DNA of 61,957 nt, the filler included. It is 7 parts of 7 records of this genome, joined end to end, with 100 filler letters (N's around TTAATTAATTAA, not from the genome) between each part and the next. Parts side by side here need not be neighbours in the genome. Positions count along the whole stretch, not along the records: positions 50,704 to 61,957 come from DRR723986_18994; 6 more parts are not named here. One strand, written 5' to 3'. The notes under the pieces are model-generated. The model searched no databases, was not told where the DNA came from, and worked only from the letters and a program-made list of their open reading frames with translations. Below are positions 59,656 to 61,957 of this stretch, piece after piece; position 1 is the stretch's first letter; every line of letters starts with the position of its first letter. The position numbers and the translations under genes were made by a program.

Positions 59656-60969
59656 TCAGTCTCTGCGGCGGGTCTGAAAGATCCGCGCTGACATGTCCCT
59701 TGCCGGTGCGACGACCTGTTGCGGGTCCAGTTCCTTCTGCCAGTCAAGGCTGACCGGCGAAATCCTTGCAAGGGCTTCGGCAAAGGGGGCCGGGTCCTTT
59801 GCAGCTGCCGCGACAAGATCCTTTGCCTCAGCGCGGGAAACTCCGTTCCGGGCGAGAACGAAACTGGCGGTTTCGGCCATGATTTCCGGGTTTGACGCCA
59901 GCGTTGCGGCCAGATTGGCCTCATGCGCCTGCAGGCTGGTGGCAAGCTCGTCTGCGTGCACCAGCGCAGCGCCCGCGGCCAGCAGCATTTGTGGCAGGAA
60001 ATGCCATTCCAACGGCCACGCTGTCCCGTCGCGTTCCTCCAGCGGGCTGGCGGCAGCGGCAAGCCCGGCCTGGGCGGCAATCGCAATGCTGTTGAGCACC
60101 TGAATGGTCTCGGCCTGCACCGGATTGGCCTTTTGCGGCATGGTCGAGGATCCGCCACCGGTCCCGCTGGAAACTTCCGCAATGTCCGTACGCCCTGAAA
60201 GCGCCAGGTCCCCTGCCATCTTCGCAAGGGCGGAGGTGACCTGTTGCAGCCAGCCCGCAAGCGCCAGAATGGGCGTCCGATTGACGTGCCACGACGCGCT
60301 GTCCTCAAGGCCGAGTTCCAGTGCGAGCGCCGCCGAGACAGCGGTTCCGTCCGGAGCGATTGCGCTGTTGATGCCTGAGGCGCCGCCAAACTGGACGCGC
60401 AGCACGGCGGACCTGAGTGCGGGCAGGGCATTTTCCGCATCTATCAGCGGATGCGCCCATTGCGCGATCCGGTAGCCGAGGGTGATCGGTGTCGACACCT
60501 GGCTGCGCGTACGCCCCGCCATGAGCTGATCCGCATGGCGCTCGCTCTGCCGTTCCAGCGTATCGACCAGTTTTTCCAGTCGAGCGCCCAGGATCTCCAG
60601 CGCCACTTTCGCCTGAAGGACCAGCGCCGTGTCGATCACGTCCTGACTGGTCGCGCCCCAGTGCAGCCAGGCCCCGGCGTCGGCGCTGAGCTGCTTGCGC
60701 AGTTCCGCCACAAGCGCTGGAACGGGCACGCCGGCGGATCTTGTTCCGGCCGCAAGGTTTGCGGGCTCGATGTGAACGTCGGCGAGCTTCTCTGATATCT
60801 CCCGCGCGGCCTGCGCCGGAATGATCTCCAGGCGCCCCTGTACGATGGCAAGGGCGCGCTCGAAAGCGATCATATGCGCGACATCGCTGCCGTCAGCGAG
60901 AAGCTTGGTCAGGTCGCCGTCAGCAAAGAGGGAGGAATGGATCTGGCTGGAAAATAGCGAAAGAGGCAT
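59656..60969 (-). CDS. pcaB: 3-carboxy-cis,cis-muconate cycloisomerase (fumarase/lyase superfamily)
   Basis: HWGATSQDVIDT, QFGGASG, GGSSTMPQKANPV and EERDGTAWPLEW. Confidence 0.82.
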   Translation of the reverse strand: MPLSLFSSQIHSSLFADGDLTKLLADGSDVAHMIAFERALAIVQGRLEIIPAQAAREISEKLADVHIEPANLAAGTRSAGVPVPALVAELRKQLSADAGAWLHWGATSQDVIDTALVLQAKVALEILGARLEKLVDTLERQSERHADQLMAGRTRSQVSTPITLGYRIAQWAHPLIDAENALPALRSAVLRVQFGGASGINSAIAPDGTAVSAALALELGLEDSASWHVNRTPILALAGWLQQVTSALAKMAGDLALSGRTDIAEVSSGTGGGSSTMPQKANPVQAETIQVLNSIAIAAQAGLAAAASPLEERDGTAWPLEWHFLPQMLLAAGAALVHADELATSLQAHEANLAATLASNPEIMAETASFVLARNGVSRAEAKDLVAAAAKDPAPFAEALARISPVSLDWQKELDPQQVVAPARDMSARIFQTRRRD

Positions 60970-61023
60970 GGCTCGGCAGGGTCTCTGGATGGGCCCTTAT
61001 TGAGAGCCAAGTGGAAAGGCGGG

Positions 61024-61860
61024 TCAAGCCGCCTTCAGCGGCAGACCCAGGATCTCGCGCGCCTGCTGCCAGGTCGCGACGGGACGCTCATATTTCTCGC
61101 AAAGATCCGCCGCCCGTTTTACAAGCGCCGCATTGGAAGGGGCAAGCGTGTCCCGGTCGAGGCGGATGTTGTCTTCCAGGCCGGTGCGGGTATGCCCGCC
61201 TGAGGAAATGCACCACTCGTTGAGGGTGAACTGATGCTGGCCGATCCCGGCCGCGCACCATTCGGCGTCCGGTACCAGCCGTTCAACGGTCTTGATGTAA
61301 TAGTCGAAGACATCCCGGTCGACGGGCATGGCATTCTTCACGCCCATGACGAACTGCACATAAAGCTTGCCGGGAATACGCCCGTCCCGGTTCATGGCGG
61401 CCGCCTGGTGAATGTGGCTGAGGTCGAACGCCTCGATCTCCGGTTTCACATCATGGGTCCGCATCTCGCTGGCAAGCCAGTCGACCAGATCCGGCGGGTT
61501 CTCATAGACCCGGGTCGGAAAATTGTTGGAGCCGACGGACAGCGACGCCATGTCGGGCTGAAGGCCAATCATGCCGCCGCGTTCCTTCCCGGCGCCCGAA
61601 CGGCCTCCGGTCGAAAACTGGATGATCATGCCCGGGCAATGTTTTTCCAGCCCTTCCTTGAGCCGCGCGAATTTCTCCGGATCCGAGGATGGCGTCTCAT
61701 CGTCGTTGCGCACATGGGCGTGGACGATGCTCGCACCGGCCTCGAAGGCAGCCTGCGTGCTTTCCACCTGCTCCGCAACGGTGATCGGCACCGCCGGATT
61801 GTTTTCCTTCTTCGGCAGCGATCCGGTAATCGCGACGCAGATGATGCAGGGCTTGGACAT
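61024..61860 (-). CDS. DUF849 beta-keto acid cleavage enzyme (3-keto-5-aminohexanoate cleavage family)
   Basis: ICVAITGS, AGASIVHAHVR (Zn), STGG, KPEIEAFD and RTGLEDN. Confidence 0.9.
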   Translation of the reverse strand: MSKPCIICVAITGSLPKKENNPAVPITVAEQVESTQAAFEAGASIVHAHVRNDDETPSSDPEKFARLKEGLEKHCPGMIIQFSTGGRSGAGKERGGMIGLQPDMASLSVGSNNFPTRVYENPPDLVDWLASEMRTHDVKPEIEAFDLSHIHQAAAMNRDGRIPGKLYVQFVMGVKNAMPVDRDVFDYYIKTVERLVPDAEWCAAGIGQHQFTLNEWCISSGGHTRTGLEDNIRLDRDTLAPSNAALVKRAADLCEKYERPVATWQQAREILGLPLKAA

Positions 61861-61927
61861 GTTTCACGCCGCTCCGGTTTCGCTTGCGCCTGTCCCAACA
61901 AGGAGCGGCGATCGTTGCATAAGCCTC

Positions 61928-61957
61928 CCTCATCCTGAGGAAGCGCTTCAGCGCTGT
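61928..61957 (+). repeat. Start of an alphaproteobacterial intergenic palindromic repeat
   Basis: CCTCATCCTGAGG dyad followed by the AGCGCTTCAGCGCT dyad. Truncated at the window end. Confidence 0.5.

Overview
This window is not one locus. It is seven unrelated contigs joined by six artificial 100-bp spacers (N-run + TTAATTAATTAA + N-run). (1) 1-5608: high-GC gammaproteobacterial (Marinobacter-like, inferred) housekeeping and transport genes. (2) 5709-17345: a styrene-oxide-isomerase (StyC) homolog, a FeaR-like AraC regulator and an NADP(H) alkenal reductase, followed by an MMPL/RND, Tat-DUF1329, YCF48-like propeller, DUF1302-like outer-membrane barrel and second Tat-DUF1329 module. A shared GCAC direct-repeat motif precedes three of its transcription units. 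This is the best candidate for an undescribed system. (3) 17446-24354: fused narK1K2-narG-narH. (4) 24455-29535: a compact, intron-containing eukaryotic (protist-like) contig with a 5-exon UNG, a Ser/Thr kinase, a TRAF-like RING protein and a PAR-motif pentameric ligand-gated channel. (5) 29636-39528: alphaproteobacterial (Hyphomonadaceae-like, inferred) transaldolase, ugd, GST, PMM/PGM, ABC transporter, DUF885 and sdhCDA. (6) 39629-50603: truncated haemoglobin, cupin, serine hydrolase, Fe-S photolyase, crtZ, ASPIC/UnbV lipoprotein and dipeptidase. (7) 50704-61957: alphaproteobacterial xdhABC-permease-guaD with a divergent LysR, plus pcaB and a DUF849 beta-keto-acid cleavage enzyme. No rRNA, tRNA, CRISPR array or transposase was recognised. 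All family and taxon calls come from motif recognition by eye, not from database searches.
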